Positions 46,507-56,852 of a stretch of 64,000 nucleotides of DNA are shown here, piece by piece. The DNA is taken from the IMG/VR virus record IMGVR_UViG_3300032320_001447, positions 96,001-160,000 of that record; one strand, written 5' to 3'. This DNA is from a virus (Duplodnaviria > Caudoviricetes). Numbering within the stretch: the first letter of the stretch is position 1; every line of letters begins with the position of its first letter. The notes beneath the pieces are model-generated. The model saw only the letters and a program-made list of their open reading frames with translations, made no database searches and was not told the origin of the DNA. The position numbers and the translations under genes were made by a program.

Positions 46507-47172
46507 TTAACCTACACTTATTTTAGAATTAGGATTATTTTCTTTCATAAATTTTGAATGTTCTGGTCTTTTTTTGCCGTAGAAGCAATGGTTTTTTCCA
46601 CTCATTTTTTCTATAAAAGATTTTGATTGTTTAACTCTAACACCTGTTTTTATAGGACATTTATCAAAATGCCATCTATGCATTGTGCTATTATTTCCTT
46701 CTTTTCCGCAATGAGGACAAACACTCTTTTTTCTAGGAATTCCTTTTTGTGCGTTCCTTATTTTTTCTTTAGTTTCTTCAGTTTTATGAATGCCTAAATT
46801 TGATTTATTTCCTTTAGAAGATATAGACAATTTTTTTCTATGCTCTAATGTTTTTTTTCTGCCAAACCACGGATGAGATTCACCACTTCCAAATCCTCCA
46901 TCGCCTTCTTCATCTTTTAAATTAGCCCAACTATCTGAACTTACAACATTAAATAACTTAGAGTAATATTTACCCATATTTTTTAAATCGTCTTGACTTT
47001 CTGTTTCGTGTAAAATCCAAGTTTCTATATCTGAAAGTTTTATTTTATATTTGCTCAGATGTCTTTTCCATTTAAGTCCGCTACCTTTATATTCAAAAGG
47101 ATTTCTTTTGGTTTTTCCTAAATAAAACAAACCTCTTGGACTTCTTTTAACATATAGATAAATAGTATTCAC
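46507..47172 (-). CDS. Seg-like GIY-YIG homing endonuclease with NUMOD3 repeats
   Basis: YLYVK...YLGKT...YKGSG; HKTEETKEKIR; CPHC. Confidence 0.7.
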   Translation of the reverse strand: MNTIYLYVKRSPRGLFYLGKTKRNPFEYKGSGLKWKRHLSKYKIKLSDIETWILHETESQDDLKNMGKYYSKLFNVVSSDSWANLKDEEGDGGFGSGESHPWFGRKKTLEHRKKLSISSKGNKSNLGIHKTEETKEKIRNAQKGIPRKKSVCPHCGKEGNNSTMHRWHFDKCPIKTGVRVKQSKSFIEKMSGKNHCFYGKKRPEHSKFMKENNPNSKISVG

Positions 47173-47498
47173 TATTCAGACCTCTTAAATATTTTCATTA
47201 CCACATCTGCAATAGATGTTAGAGGAATTGTAAACCCTATCACGTTACGAAATGCGTTTCGATCATCGTAAGCTACTGTAATTCCAGCATCTCCCAATCT
47301 TTTTTGTAAGGCAACAGATATCTTATTTGCTAGCTCTTGCTTATCTCTTGGATCTTGAGGTTCGTCTGTCAATATAAACTGCATCTTTATACCCATTTTT
47401 GTTGGGTTATCGTTTACATCAAATTGTATAATGAATGGCATCTTTTTACCATCTATTGTCAAACTTACTGGATATCTAGGTTGCTGTGAAAGGGCCAT
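47172..47498 (-). CDS. Hypothetical protein with candidate late promoter
   Basis: ATATTTAT at 47513-47520. Confidence 0.55.
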   Translation of the reverse strand: MALSQQPRYPVSLTIDGKKMPFIIQFDVNDNPTKMGIKMQFILTDEPQDPRDKQELANKISVALQKRLGDAGITVAYDDRNAFRNVIGFTIPLTSIADVVMKIFKRSE

Positions 47499-47520
47499 TG
47501 TTCTTTTATCTTATAAATAT

Positions 47521-48696
47521 TTAGAATACGTTCTTGATGAATGTTCCCATCATTTTGTCTATGTGATCTACCATTTGCAATACATTGATCTTAAGTCCAT
47601 TATATTCATAAGTACCCACTGCATCTACAGATTCTTTAATAATAACCTGTATATTGGGAACAATGTTTAAATCCACATTGTCTTTTGCATCAAAGTAGAT
47701 AAGAATGTCGTTCTGCTTTGGTTCTTCTATTGGACGCACCCTAGCTTCAAGGATTAGATCTGTCTTAGGTTGCTCGTATTCTATATAGTCAGCAATTATA
47801 GACTGATCTACGTATATATTATTGAACCATGGCTCTAATGATAATAATAAACTAGAATCGCAATTCTCTACAACTATTCCTATATCGTACCTCGGTTTTA
47901 ATATTGGTCTTTGATACTCATCGTTATCAATCCAACTACCCCACTTTCTAATGTAGTTTCTTGCCGCTTTCGCTGAAGCATTCTTAAAGTAATCATCGTC
48001 TTTGCCGATCTCTTCTGTCCATCTGTGTCCTCTACAAGTTAAGTGATATACAAATGCATCTCTTGACTGGATTAATTCGTATCCGTGTAGCATCCATCTT
48101 TGGAATATATCCGAGTCTTCGTAAGGGAATGGCGCGAATAGTCTGTCATGTCCTCCCATTGTAACAAAGTCTTCTTTGTATATAATCCACGGTGCAAACA
48201 TACCATTAGTGGTTAAGTCTTTGTACTCATGTTGAGCCTCTAAAACGTATGCCTCAAATGCGTTTAAGTTTAAGTTGTCGAAGTCAGTACCAAAATCTTT
48301 AATGATCTTCTCTTTACCTGCTGGGTGCAATGGAGGTTCTACTCTTGTTGCGCACACTACAGTTTCTTTTTGTAAATGCTTAAGTGTATTCTCTAAGTAG
48401 TAAGGACCTAATATCATATCTGCGTGCATGATACCGACCACTTCTGTTTGAGCCAACTCAATTCCTTTATCGTATAGTACTGTATGACCTACTCTTTCAG
48501 AAGATCTATATATAGCGGTGATATTGTCATCGCTTAAACTAGCCAACCACTCTGTAGTACCATCTGTAGATCCATCGTCTAACATAACGATCTTACAATT
48601 TTGCGCATGCGTCTTTATACTCTGATATGCATTCTTTAAGTGTCTTAGATTATTACTCGATGGTATAACTAATGTAACTTGTTCTTGTGTTAACAT
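47521..48696 (-). CDS. GT2 family glycosyltransferase
   Basis: LVIP, LDDGSTDGT, MHADM, GGHD.LF and EDSD. Confidence 0.85.
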   Translation of the reverse strand: MLTQEQVTLVIPSSNNLRHLKNAYQSIKTHAQNCKIVMLDDGSTDGTTEWLASLSDDNITAIYRSSERVGHTVLYDKGIELAQTEVVGIMHADMILGPYYLENTLKHLQKETVVCATRVEPPLHPAGKEKIIKDFGTDFDNLNLNAFEAYVLEAQHEYKDLTTNGMFAPWIIYKEDFVTMGGHDRLFAPFPYEDSDIFQRWMLHGYELIQSRDAFVYHLTCRGHRWTEEIGKDDDYFKNASAKAARNYIRKWGSWIDNDEYQRPILKPRYDIGIVVENCDSSLLLSLEPWFNNIYVDQSIIADYIEYEQPKTDLILEARVRPIEEPKQNDILIYFDAKDNVDLNIVPNIQVIIKESVDAVGTYEYNGLKINVLQMVDHIDKMMGTFIKNVF

Positions 48697-49829
48697 AATT
48701 TTAATTTAGGTTGACTTTCTTTTTTCTCTCTTACAATTAATTTGAATACTTGTAACTCATATTCTCCAGGTTCTTGAACTTCATTAGTGATTAATTCTGG
48801 TAGATTATGCAGAATATAATTAAAAAGATCTTGATTATTAAGAATATCTTTATAGTCTGCTTCTAAAATCATATCTGTAGTTAACTCGCTAACAAACTTA
48901 GAAGTCAAATCAAAAGAAGTCAAAGTGCTTGCGCCTTTAATGTAGTTAGTAGAATCAGCTTCGCACTGTATCTGATCGAAGAATGGTTCTATTCCTAGAA
49001 CTTTACTATCGAAACAGTTTAGTATTCTTAAACCAATATTGTATTTTATATTTGGTATTGGTTCTAATGTATCTGTTTGTTTTAAAAATCCTCCCCATTT
49101 TCTAATGTATTCATTCATTGATATGGAGTTATTTATTTGCCACGCTTCGTCTTTCTTTTGAAAGTCTTCCATCTTTTCTGCGTGTGCAAATTGTCCGCCT
49201 CTACAAGTTAAGTGATATACCATTGCAGACCAAGATTGTATTAGATCATATCCTTGTAATTTAAAGCGTCTAAATAAATCTGCATCTTCAAATACTGATC
49301 TGAATACTGGATCGTGTCCTAAATGTTGGTCTTTTCTAATTAACCATGGAGCAAAGATACTCTTTGTTATCTTATCGCTTTTGTTCTCTTCTACAAACTT
49401 ATTAAACTCTTCAATCTTTAAATCTTCTGGCCACATACCAAAATCTTGTACTATCTTCTCTATTCCTGCTGGATGTAATGGCGGTTCTATACGTGTAGCG
49501 CATACAATATTATCTTTTGTTTTAATATCCATCATGTGCTTGTCTGCATGAGGACCAAGAATCATATCTGCGTGGAATGCAACTACATATTCTCTATCAG
49601 CCTCTTTAAATATTGTATCGTAAGCGTGACCTATTCCTTTGGGTTCAGTGCTAGCATTTATAATAAACCTAACGTCTTGTGTCTCTAACCATTCTACAGT
49701 TCCATCAGTATCTTGATCTACATACACAATTATTTCGTTAGGATAATAAGAGTTATCTTGAATAGATTTGATACATGGTTTTAAGTATCTTAAGTTATTT
49801 TTTGAAGGGATGCAAAACGTAATTGCCAT
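48690..49829 (-). CDS. GT2 family glycosyltransferase (paralog of 47521..48696)
   Basis: FCIP, DGT, FHADM, ATRIEPPLHP, EDAD and YHLTCRG. Confidence 0.85.
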   Translation of the reverse strand: MAITFCIPSKNNLRYLKPCIKSIQDNSYYPNEIIVYVDQDTDGTVEWLETQDVRFIINASTEPKGIGHAYDTIFKEADREYVVAFHADMILGPHADKHMMDIKTKDNIVCATRIEPPLHPAGIEKIVQDFGMWPEDLKIEEFNKFVEENKSDKITKSIFAPWLIRKDQHLGHDPVFRSVFEDADLFRRFKLQGYDLIQSWSAMVYHLTCRGGQFAHAEKMEDFQKKDEAWQINNSISMNEYIRKWGGFLKQTDTLEPIPNIKYNIGLRILNCFDSKVLGIEPFFDQIQCEADSTNYIKGASTLTSFDLTSKFVSELTTDMILEADYKDILNNQDLFNYILHNLPELITNEVQEPGEYELQVFKLIVREKKESQPKLKLC

Positions 49830-50398
49830 TATATAATTTCTACTTGTACGTTACCAAAACAAACTAAACCTGTTCCATGATGATGACCAATCTCTGTTAC
49901 ATCATACGTAGGTAAGTCTAAACTATCCCACCAAAATTGCATACTAGGATTCAAATGAATGTCGTCGCATAACATAAAACCTTCGTATCCAATCTCAGTT
50001 AATAAATCTGAGAACACTTTCTCTTGAGCTCCATCATGTGGATCGATGTCTAACATAATCAACGGACTTTTCAATAAGATTTCTTTGTCTTCTGTATTGA
50101 TGTCTTTAATTACTGGAACGATATTTGAATATTGTTTAAACGAATCAAAGTCATTGTTATTGATATCGTATGTACGTACAATGTTATTAGGGTTATGTGC
50201 AAAAGCGATAGCTGAATTACCATACGATGTTCCTGCATCAATGATAGTAGTCATATTAAACTTGGTCGATAGATAAGCGCATAGTTTAAAGTGTTCTCCA
50301 TCAACTATATTCCACTCTTGCCATGGACATTGCGAGTTAGTTAGATGGCTTAAATCGAAGCTTAACACATCTTGCTTTACAATGGTTAGTTTTTTCAT
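49829..50398 (-). CDS. SAM-dependent methyltransferase-like protein
   Basis: IIDAGTSYGNSA, TYDI, MLDID.H and DDI. Confidence 0.65.
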   Translation of the reverse strand: MKKLTIVKQDVLSFDLSHLTNSQCPWQEWNIVDGEHFKLCAYLSTKFNMTTIIDAGTSYGNSAIAFAHNPNNIVRTYDINNNDFDSFKQYSNIVPVIKDINTEDKEILLKSPLIMLDIDPHDGAQEKVFSDLLTEIGYEGFMLCDDIHLNPSMQFWWDSLDLPTYDVTEIGHHHGTGLVCFGNVQVEII

Positions 50399-51243
50399 TT
50401 GAATAAATGTTTGTATTTGTCTTTGTTGTTAATTAAATATGTTGGAAGTAAATCATTACGAACTTCACAAGCAAATGGTCGGCCTAATACATCCATGCCT
50501 GCATCAAGACGTTGTTGTACTACGTTCTTAACTTGATCGTTATTGTATTCTTGGTGACCAAAGTTTTCTAGTTTAGTCTTAATACGTTCTAAGCCTCCTT
50601 GATAAGTAAAGTGCCAACCTCCGTTATCTAAGAATAGGTGTTGTGTTTTAGATACAGTATCTAAGTGATTAGCTGACGCGTTCTTTATATTCTTATACTT
50701 AGTGTAGTAAGTACCGAACCACTCTTCTGAACTTCTAAGGTTTAAGAAGCCGGTCATTACGTGTTGCTTTAATTTGATCACGTTGTAGTCATCAACAGGA
50801 TATTGAATATCTGGATTCCACATCTCATCTACATCTGAATTAAATACTAAATCGTTGTCATCAAGTCCTGCCATCATTAAACCTCTGCGAATGCTTTCAT
50901 GTTGATAGAATTCACGAAGCCATTGTTCTTCTCCAGCTGTATTAGATGTAGTTAAACAGTGCATTAAGATATTCTTATGTAGATCATCTTTAGGATTCAT
51001 AAATGCCTTTCTAGCTTCTGCAAAGGTATTAGGCGTATCATCAACAATGCAGTGCACAATCTTATGATTGAACTTTTCAAACAAGTGTTTGTTCTCGTTG
51101 TAGTATAAAGGTTTGTCTTTACCTGCATGACTGACTGTTGATTCAATCAATATAAAATAGTCTACCTTATCATTGAGTATATTAAGTCTAATGTCTAATA
51201 GATCTAATTCATTAAAGAATATAAATGCGTCTGCTACTTTCAT
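50395..51243 (-). CDS. GT17-like beta-1,4-N-acetylglucosaminyltransferase
   Basis: DAFIFFNELDLLDIRL, VDYFILIES, SDVDE and GGWHFTY. Confidence 0.8.
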   Translation of the reverse strand: MKVADAFIFFNELDLLDIRLNILNDKVDYFILIESTVSHAGKDKPLYYNENKHLFEKFNHKIVHCIVDDTPNTFAEARKAFMNPKDDLHKNILMHCLTTSNTAGEEQWLREFYQHESIRRGLMMAGLDDNDLVFNSDVDEMWNPDIQYPVDDYNVIKLKQHVMTGFLNLRSSEEWFGTYYTKYKNIKNASANHLDTVSKTQHLFLDNGGWHFTYQGGLERIKTKLENFGHQEYNNDQVKNVVQQRLDAGMDVLGRPFACEVRNDLLPTYLINNKDKYKHLFK

Positions 51244-52154
51244 TTAGTATATTGTTTATAACGTTCTGAGTTTTGTTGTATGTATAATTCAAACTCTCTT
51301 TTACATTCGTCGTAAGATTGTAAGTTACCTTGTCTGTCCATGTAAATAAAGTCTCTATATAAGTTAACTCCTGTACACCAATATCCGTCTGATACATTAT
51401 GTCTTGCCCAATATTTAGGCGCGATAATTAATCTAGCCTCTTCGTTTGTTAAAGCTGGGAAATAACCAAAGCTTGAGTTAGATAAAATTAGCCATCTCGC
51501 ATTCTTGATCGTAGCGTAATCTCTACCTACATCAAAGTGATACACATTATCTGCAAGTTCAGGAAGCAATCTCTTTGCCATATCTGGATTCTCTGTGATA
51601 ACTAAGAACTGCATGTCGGGGTTCATCTTTAACATGTGATAAATAGCACGAACCCAATAATCTCTTGGTAAAAATAGTTCGTTGTTACCTTCGTAGTCTC
51701 TGATATTCAGTACACAAATGTTATCGTCTGTGAATTCTTTATTATCATGTTCAGGCTTTAACTTCAACCATTGCTTAATATCTTCTTTACGATGGTAGAT
51801 ATAGTCTTCTGATTGCATCGTGCCATCAATCTTACAGTCATCTGGCACATTGGCTAAGTCGTGATCCGATAACCTAATATCGCAACCTAAAGTGGCATCG
51901 TGATTGCTATTGTTAGTAATAAGTCTTAACTCTTTTTCTTGATAGTGGTTGACAATCTTGCTATCTTCAACAGGTTCTCCTAAGTATAAGTCCATAAAAT
52001 ATAGACCTTCGCTATTGTATCTTTTATCTCCCAAGTTCTCTAAACCTTTAAGACCAAACTCAACATCTCTATCCTCTGCTATTACTCTAGTAGTAACGTA
52101 AACGTGTAGTTGGTTACCTAATCCTTGACCATGGTATAATTCAGTTAGTATCAT
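51240..52154 (-). CDS. GT11-like fucosyltransferase
   Basis: GLGNQL, QSEDY, ILSNSSF and IIAPKYW. Confidence 0.7.
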   Translation of the reverse strand: MILTELYHGQGLGNQLHVYVTTRVIAEDRDVEFGLKGLENLGDKRYNSEGLYFMDLYLGEPVEDSKIVNHYQEKELRLITNNSNHDATLGCDIRLSDHDLANVPDDCKIDGTMQSEDYIYHRKEDIKQWLKLKPEHDNKEFTDDNICVLNIRDYEGNNELFLPRDYWVRAIYHMLKMNPDMQFLVITENPDMAKRLLPELADNVYHFDVGRDYATIKNARWLILSNSSFGYFPALTNEEARLIIAPKYWARHNVSDGYWCTGVNLYRDFIYMDRQGNLQSYDECKREFELYIQQNSERYKQYTK

Positions 52155-52157
52155 TAT

Positions 52158-53153
52158 TTATTTTTTCCAGAATGAATAAATGCCTTTCTCTAATTCGTAA
52201 GTCTCCCAATGAAATCTATCTCTATTAGGTTGGCGTTGTGCCCATTGCCACATATCCAATAAGCCATCAGATAAATGCGTCTTATGTGTAAAGCCTAAAA
52301 TGTCTTCTGACTTATGATACGTAGGGATTGAATGTTTAACTTCGTGTCTTGCTTCTTTATAATCAACCTCTGCTCCGTATTTAATCACGTCTCTTAATAC
52401 TTTGTTAGCATCGTTAATACTCCACTCTTCAACTCCACCTAAATTAATAATCTCTTTAGACGCTCTTGGTTCAATAGCTGCATTCCATAATGGTTCAACT
52501 ATATCATCGATGCAACTGAATGCTCTTGTTTGCGTACCATCACCGAAGATAGTCATAGGCTCGCCATTCATGTGTTGATACATCCAGATGCCAAGTACAT
52601 TACGATACTTATCCCAAATGTTTTGCTTACGACCATATACGTTGTGAGGTCTGATAATACAATAGTCTAAACCATGTTGTTCGTTTGCTATTTGAATATC
52701 CATCTCACATGCGTATTTAGCAACTCCGTATGGATCAATTGGCTTAGGTATTTGTGTCTCATCAAAGATACCACCGTATCCATGACCATATACCGCTAAA
52801 GTAGATGTGAACACTAATCTCTTTACATCGTACTTAATACAGTTGTTTACTATTCTAGCGGTTGCAACTAAGTTATTGTTATAGTTGTATTGTCTAATGA
52901 ATGGACTTAATCCTTCTGCTGCGTAAGCTGCAAAATGAAATACATAATCGAATTTGTTATTTTCAAAGCAGTTCTCAATCGGGTGATCTACCAAGTTCAT
53001 TTGCCAAAAGTTAACCTTTGGGTTTACATTCTCTAAATAGCCGCCTGATAAATCATCTATGCCTACTACTTCTACTTCAGGTTTGTTCTCTATAATCCAA
53101 TCTGCAAGTCTTGAACCTAATAGACCTGCGACTCCTGTTATTAATACTTTCAT
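52158..53153 (-). CDS. NAD-dependent nucleotide-sugar epimerase/dehydratase
   Basis: ITGVAGLLG, YGVAK and RPHNVYG. Confidence 0.9.
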   Translation of the reverse strand: MKVLITGVAGLLGSRLADWIIENKPEVEVVGIDDLSGGYLENVNPKVNFWQMNLVDHPIENCFENNKFDYVFHFAAYAAEGLSPFIRQYNYNNNLVATARIVNNCIKYDVKRLVFTSTLAVYGHGYGGIFDETQIPKPIDPYGVAKYACEMDIQIANEQHGLDYCIIRPHNVYGRKQNIWDKYRNVLGIWMYQHMNGEPMTIFGDGTQTRAFSCIDDIVEPLWNAAIEPRASKEIINLGGVEEWSINDANKVLRDVIKYGAEVDYKEARHEVKHSIPTYHKSEDILGFTHKTHLSDGLLDMWQWAQRQPNRDRFHWETYELEKGIYSFWKK

Positions 53154-53810
53154 TTATAAACTTTTTTGTGTTACTTGATAATAAAAATTGTTTCTACCAT
53201 GAAATCCAAAAGGTATGTTACCATAATTCTCTGCTACCATAGTTTCGTGACTGAATTGTGCAGCAACCTCTATTGATGCAAACTTACAGCCAGCTGATTC
53301 GTAGTTACTTCTATTATGACAACATATAAATCCATCTTCGTGATAGAATCCATAATACTGTTTCCATTCTAAATCTAAATCATTTGCCACACATAATAAC
53401 TTTTTACTTCTTAGTGTAAATCCTCCATTACCCATTCTTTGTATGTTTCCTTCTGGATCTCTGAAAGAGAAATCATCTTGGGGCAATGGCCATAAAGCTC
53501 CTATGTAATCGTATTGCATCCACTCGTTTTGCCAACTATCTGGATTCACCACATATCCATCGTTCTGTACTAATAAGCAATGTGTAGTGTTAATGTATTC
53601 ATGCAATCTATAAACTATAAAGTGGTTGTACTGCTCATAGTTTAATGGTTCGCATTTGATAATCTCTACTACATCGTCTTGTATATCTTCAGGAGTAATT
53701 AGGATCGCACGGTCAAACTCTAATTCTCTCATAGAATACTTGATAGCCTTTAGAGTTTCAATAGCTTTTGTACCTGCTACAGCAGCGATGGTTACATTAT
53801 TTAGTTTCAT
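53154..53810 (-). CDS. DUF5672-like putative glycosyltransferase
   Basis: LVQNDG, YDYIGA.W, GNGGFTLRS, ED and PFGFHG. Confidence 0.7.
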   Translation of the reverse strand: MKLNNVTIAAVAGTKAIETLKAIKYSMRELEFDRAILITPEDIQDDVVEIIKCEPLNYEQYNHFIVYRLHEYINTTHCLLVQNDGYVVNPDSWQNEWMQYDYIGALWPLPQDDFSFRDPEGNIQRMGNGGFTLRSKKLLCVANDLDLEWKQYYGFYHEDGFICCHNRSNYESAGCKFASIEVAAQFSHETMVAENYGNIPFGFHGRNNFYYQVTQKSL

Positions 53811-54513
53811 ACTTTCTTATTACTCTTTGTATTTCCTCTTGTTTTTGTTTCTCAGTTATCATGTTAGTAGTTCTAACTTCTGCGTTTCTATTTACTGCAC
53901 AAACAGTATCAATAACTACTGGGTCTCCGTACATGTCAAATAATCTTTTATAGTATTCTACGTCTACTAGCCAATTTAAAGACTCATCAAACATGGGTAA
54001 AAATTGTTCATTTCTTACGGTTAATACTGAAGGACAACTTATAGTGTTTATTCCTGCATATATGCGAGGGTGATAATATGGAGTCATTCTATCGTACATT
54101 GTAATACAGTCATCCGTATGTACGCACGCAGTAATAAACCAGTCTTTATCTTGATTCTCTACAATGCTATCGTATATGATTTGAAGCGAGTCTGTATCAT
54201 AAAGGAAATCATCTTGAAATAACATCTTAATAAATAAACCTTCACAGCTTCTAATTGCGTTATTCATATTAGGCGCTATCTTTCCTTTACCATGATGGTT
54301 TCTATTCCATATTATGGGCATCTGACTATTCCATGCTTCGCATAATTGTTTTATACCATTATCTTCACTATGATCTGATATGACTACTTCGTAATCTGTA
54401 AAACTCTGCTGCGCTATTATGTTAAATGAGTGCTCTAGATATTCGACTCCTTTACCTCGAATTCCCCATGTGGGAATAGCAATACTAAAAAAAGGTTTTA
54501 CTTTACTATCCAT
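53797..54513 (-). CDS. GT2 family glycosyltransferase
   Basis: SIAIPTW, VVISDHSED, LFQDD and DVEYY. Confidence 0.8.
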   Translation of the reverse strand: MDSKVKPFFSIAIPTWGIRGKGVEYLEHSFNIIAQQSFTDYEVVISDHSEDNGIKQLCEAWNSQMPIIWNRNHHGKGKIAPNMNNAIRSCEGLFIKMLFQDDFLYDTDSLQIIYDSIVENQDKDWFITACVHTDDCITMYDRMTPYYHPRIYAGINTISCPSVLTVRNEQFLPMFDESLNWLVDVEYYKRLFDMYGDPVVIDTVCAVNRNAEVRTTNMITEKQKQEEIQRVIRKYETK

Positions 54514-55334
54514 GATTGAGGGTATAAATCTTTTGTATTGTGAACGTGTTTGTATGCAGGTCCGAACCAACGTTTTGGAGCTACAACTCTTTTATTTGTG
54601 TTATCGTTTAGCCATGCGCCCCACCAACTAAAACTACTATTTGCTATTACGTTATGATCGCACATTGTCATCATACACATATCGACTGCAGGATCATTTC
54701 CTTCGACATATACAATATTTTCTTGTTCTCCAAATAATTCTTTTGCATATTCTATATCGTCTGAGAATATTAAGAAACAATAATCTCCATCCATAAATTC
54801 AGTCATAGCATCGAAGTAATAATCCGCATCCATAACTGGATGGAACTGTTGAAGACCTGCATAATCTCCTCTTCTTAAATGTATCGATACGTATTCTACT
54901 TTACTAGAAAATTGTGGAAAGCTATTTTCTGCTTGTTTTTTAATCTCTTTATCAAATTGAAAGAATCCTAATATTAAATCAGAACAGTGCTCAAAGTACT
55001 TTTCAGTTTGAAAGTATCCCATTAAATTGGTCTGATCAGGTACGGTGAATAAGTCAGGGCAAAAATGGAAATATGGCTCTTGAGCGATGTGATATGTTTG
55101 TATCTCTTCTAAAGGTTGTAGAGTTCTTTCTACATTTGGAAAGTATTTTGGCAAATCAAAATAGACTTCTCGTCTAACTCCGTCTTTAAAGTCTTCTACA
55201 CTAGGCACTTCAGTATTCTCTTTTGGAAATGCGAATAATTGATTTGCTTTTCTGGCAATACCAACAGTGGCAGCGAATTGAAACATTTGGTTACCGAGAC
55301 GACCATGCTTTCCTATGTACTTGAATGAAATCAT
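54498..55334 (-). CDS. GT11 alpha-1,2-fucosyltransferase
   Basis: GRLGNQMFQ, GYFQTEKYF, HLRRGDY, FSDD and ANSSFSWWGAWL. Confidence 0.9.
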   Translation of the reverse strand: MISFKYIGKHGRLGNQMFQFAATVGIARKANQLFAFPKENTEVPSVEDFKDGVRREVYFDLPKYFPNVERTLQPLEEIQTYHIAQEPYFHFCPDLFTVPDQTNLMGYFQTEKYFEHCSDLILGFFQFDKEIKKQAENSFPQFSSKVEYVSIHLRRGDYAGLQQFHPVMDADYYFDAMTEFMDGDYCFLIFSDDIEYAKELFGEQENIVYVEGNDPAVDMCMMTMCDHNVIANSSFSWWGAWLNDNTNKRVVAPKRWFGPAYKHVHNTKDLYPQSWIVK

Positions 55335-55978
55335 TTTGTTTTAAATTTTAATCTGCCTAATTTCCAACCATTTTTAATATATGATTCTACATCATTAGGT
55401 TTTATTTGTGATTGAATTTCCTCTTTATACATCCATTTAGACCCTAGTATGGTTTTAGATATTTTAGATTTAGCTTCTGGATTCCTACGAATAGGATTAT
55501 TATCTCCCATTTTAATCTTCCTCATCTTTTCTAGAGTTGCTTCTGAATGTTTTATTCCAAATCTATTGTTAGCTGATCCTGCATATAATTTAAGTTTTGC
55601 TTTAGTTTCATCTGTGTGTAATCTCCCAGTATTTTTCTCTCTTATTTTTTGTTTAGTTTCTTCTGTCATAATATGAAAATTTCCAGGATCTTGTAAATTT
55701 AGCATTTCACATCCGCAATCTTTATATAAATCATAATATAGTTTTTCATATTGATTAATAATATCAAGGCTTACATCTTCAGGAAGCTCATGTATTAATT
55801 CAAATGCATGATTTTCTTTTCCGTGTTTTACCATAGATGCATATAATTTACTATTACGTTTAATAAATTTAGCAATATGATTGTGTGTGTTTACTCGTTT
55901 TCTAACATTTCTACTCTGCCCAATATATATTTTATTTTTAGGACTAGTTATCTTATATATTCCAGGATTGTTTGTCAT
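55331..55978 (-). CDS. GIY-YIG homing endonuclease with NUMOD3 repeats
   Basis: GIYKITSP..KIYIGQS; HTDETKAKL and HSEATLEKM; very AT-rich; has its own ATATTTAT. Confidence 0.85.
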   Translation of the reverse strand: MTNNPGIYKITSPKNKIYIGQSRNVRKRVNTHNHIAKFIKRNSKLYASMVKHGKENHAFELIHELPEDVSLDIINQYEKLYYDLYKDCGCEMLNLQDPGNFHIMTEETKQKIREKNTGRLHTDETKAKLKLYAGSANNRFGIKHSEATLEKMRKIKMGDNNPIRRNPEAKSKISKTILGSKWMYKEEIQSQIKPNDVESYIKNGWKLGRLKFKTK

Positions 55979-56036
55979 TATCTTTTTATATAAATATTAA
56001 GCTACCGACCAAAATGTCCTATCTTATTATAAGTTA

Positions 56037-56852
56037 TCATAACAATTCTTTAATTGATTCGTAAACTCCTTTCGATGGAAAAAATCCTAATGATCCTAAT
56101 TTGCTACAATCTAAATACATAGATTCGACTTGTACTATCTTATGAAAGTCTGAAGGTTCCATGTTTCCTATCTCGCTGTGTGATCCTATTTCATGATGAG
56201 CGTAAGCTACGATATCTTTAAATAACGTTGGTTTTCTTGCAGATCCTAAATTATATATTTCTCCGTTTTCTCCACGATCCATAACAAACTTAATACCGTT
56301 TACTACATCGTCTACGTGTACAAAGTCTCTATAGAATTCTCCGTTATTGTACAAGTTAATGTCTCTATCCACTTTCATCTCGTCAATAAGAAATTGTAGT
56401 GCATTCTTTTTCTTTGAAGCTTTACCGTCTCCTTTGCCTATTACGTTTCCAAGTCTTACTATGTTATATCTGATACTGAAAGTCTTACAGTAAGATTCTA
56501 TCAACTGCTCTGCGGCTAATTTAGTTATTGAATAGAATCCTTTAGGTTTACAAGGAGAAGATTCTCTAGCTGGTAGATGTGTATCTCCATAAACAAACCA
56601 AGAACTTATGAAAGTAAAATGAATGTCTTTGTTTTTGCAATTCTCTAGTACTTTCATTAAATGAATAAGATTGGTTTCTATATCAACGAATGGATTTTCT
56701 AACACATTGTAGTTATCTACTGTACTGATCAAATACAATACTCTATTAGATCTAGGTTGTACTTCCTCTCTTGGTATTACGACTGAATCTTCTTTATATT
56801 TGTTATAGAATTTTGATCCTATAAATCCTGTTCCTCCAAATATCGATATCAT
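56037..56852 (-). CDS. NAD-dependent epimerase/reductase
   Basis: GGTGFIG, YSITK and RDFVHVDD. Confidence 0.85.
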   Translation of the reverse strand: MISIFGGTGFIGSKFYNKYKEDSVVIPREEVQPRSNRVLYLISTVDNYNVLENPFVDIETNLIHLMKVLENCKNKDIHFTFISSWFVYGDTHLPARESSPCKPKGFYSITKLAAEQLIESYCKTFSIRYNIVRLGNVIGKGDGKASKKKNALQFLIDEMKVDRDINLYNNGEFYRDFVHVDDVVNGIKFVMDRGENGEIYNLGSARKPTLFKDIVAYAHHEIGSHSEIGNMEPSDFHKIVQVESMYLDCSKLGSLGFFPSKGVYESIKELL

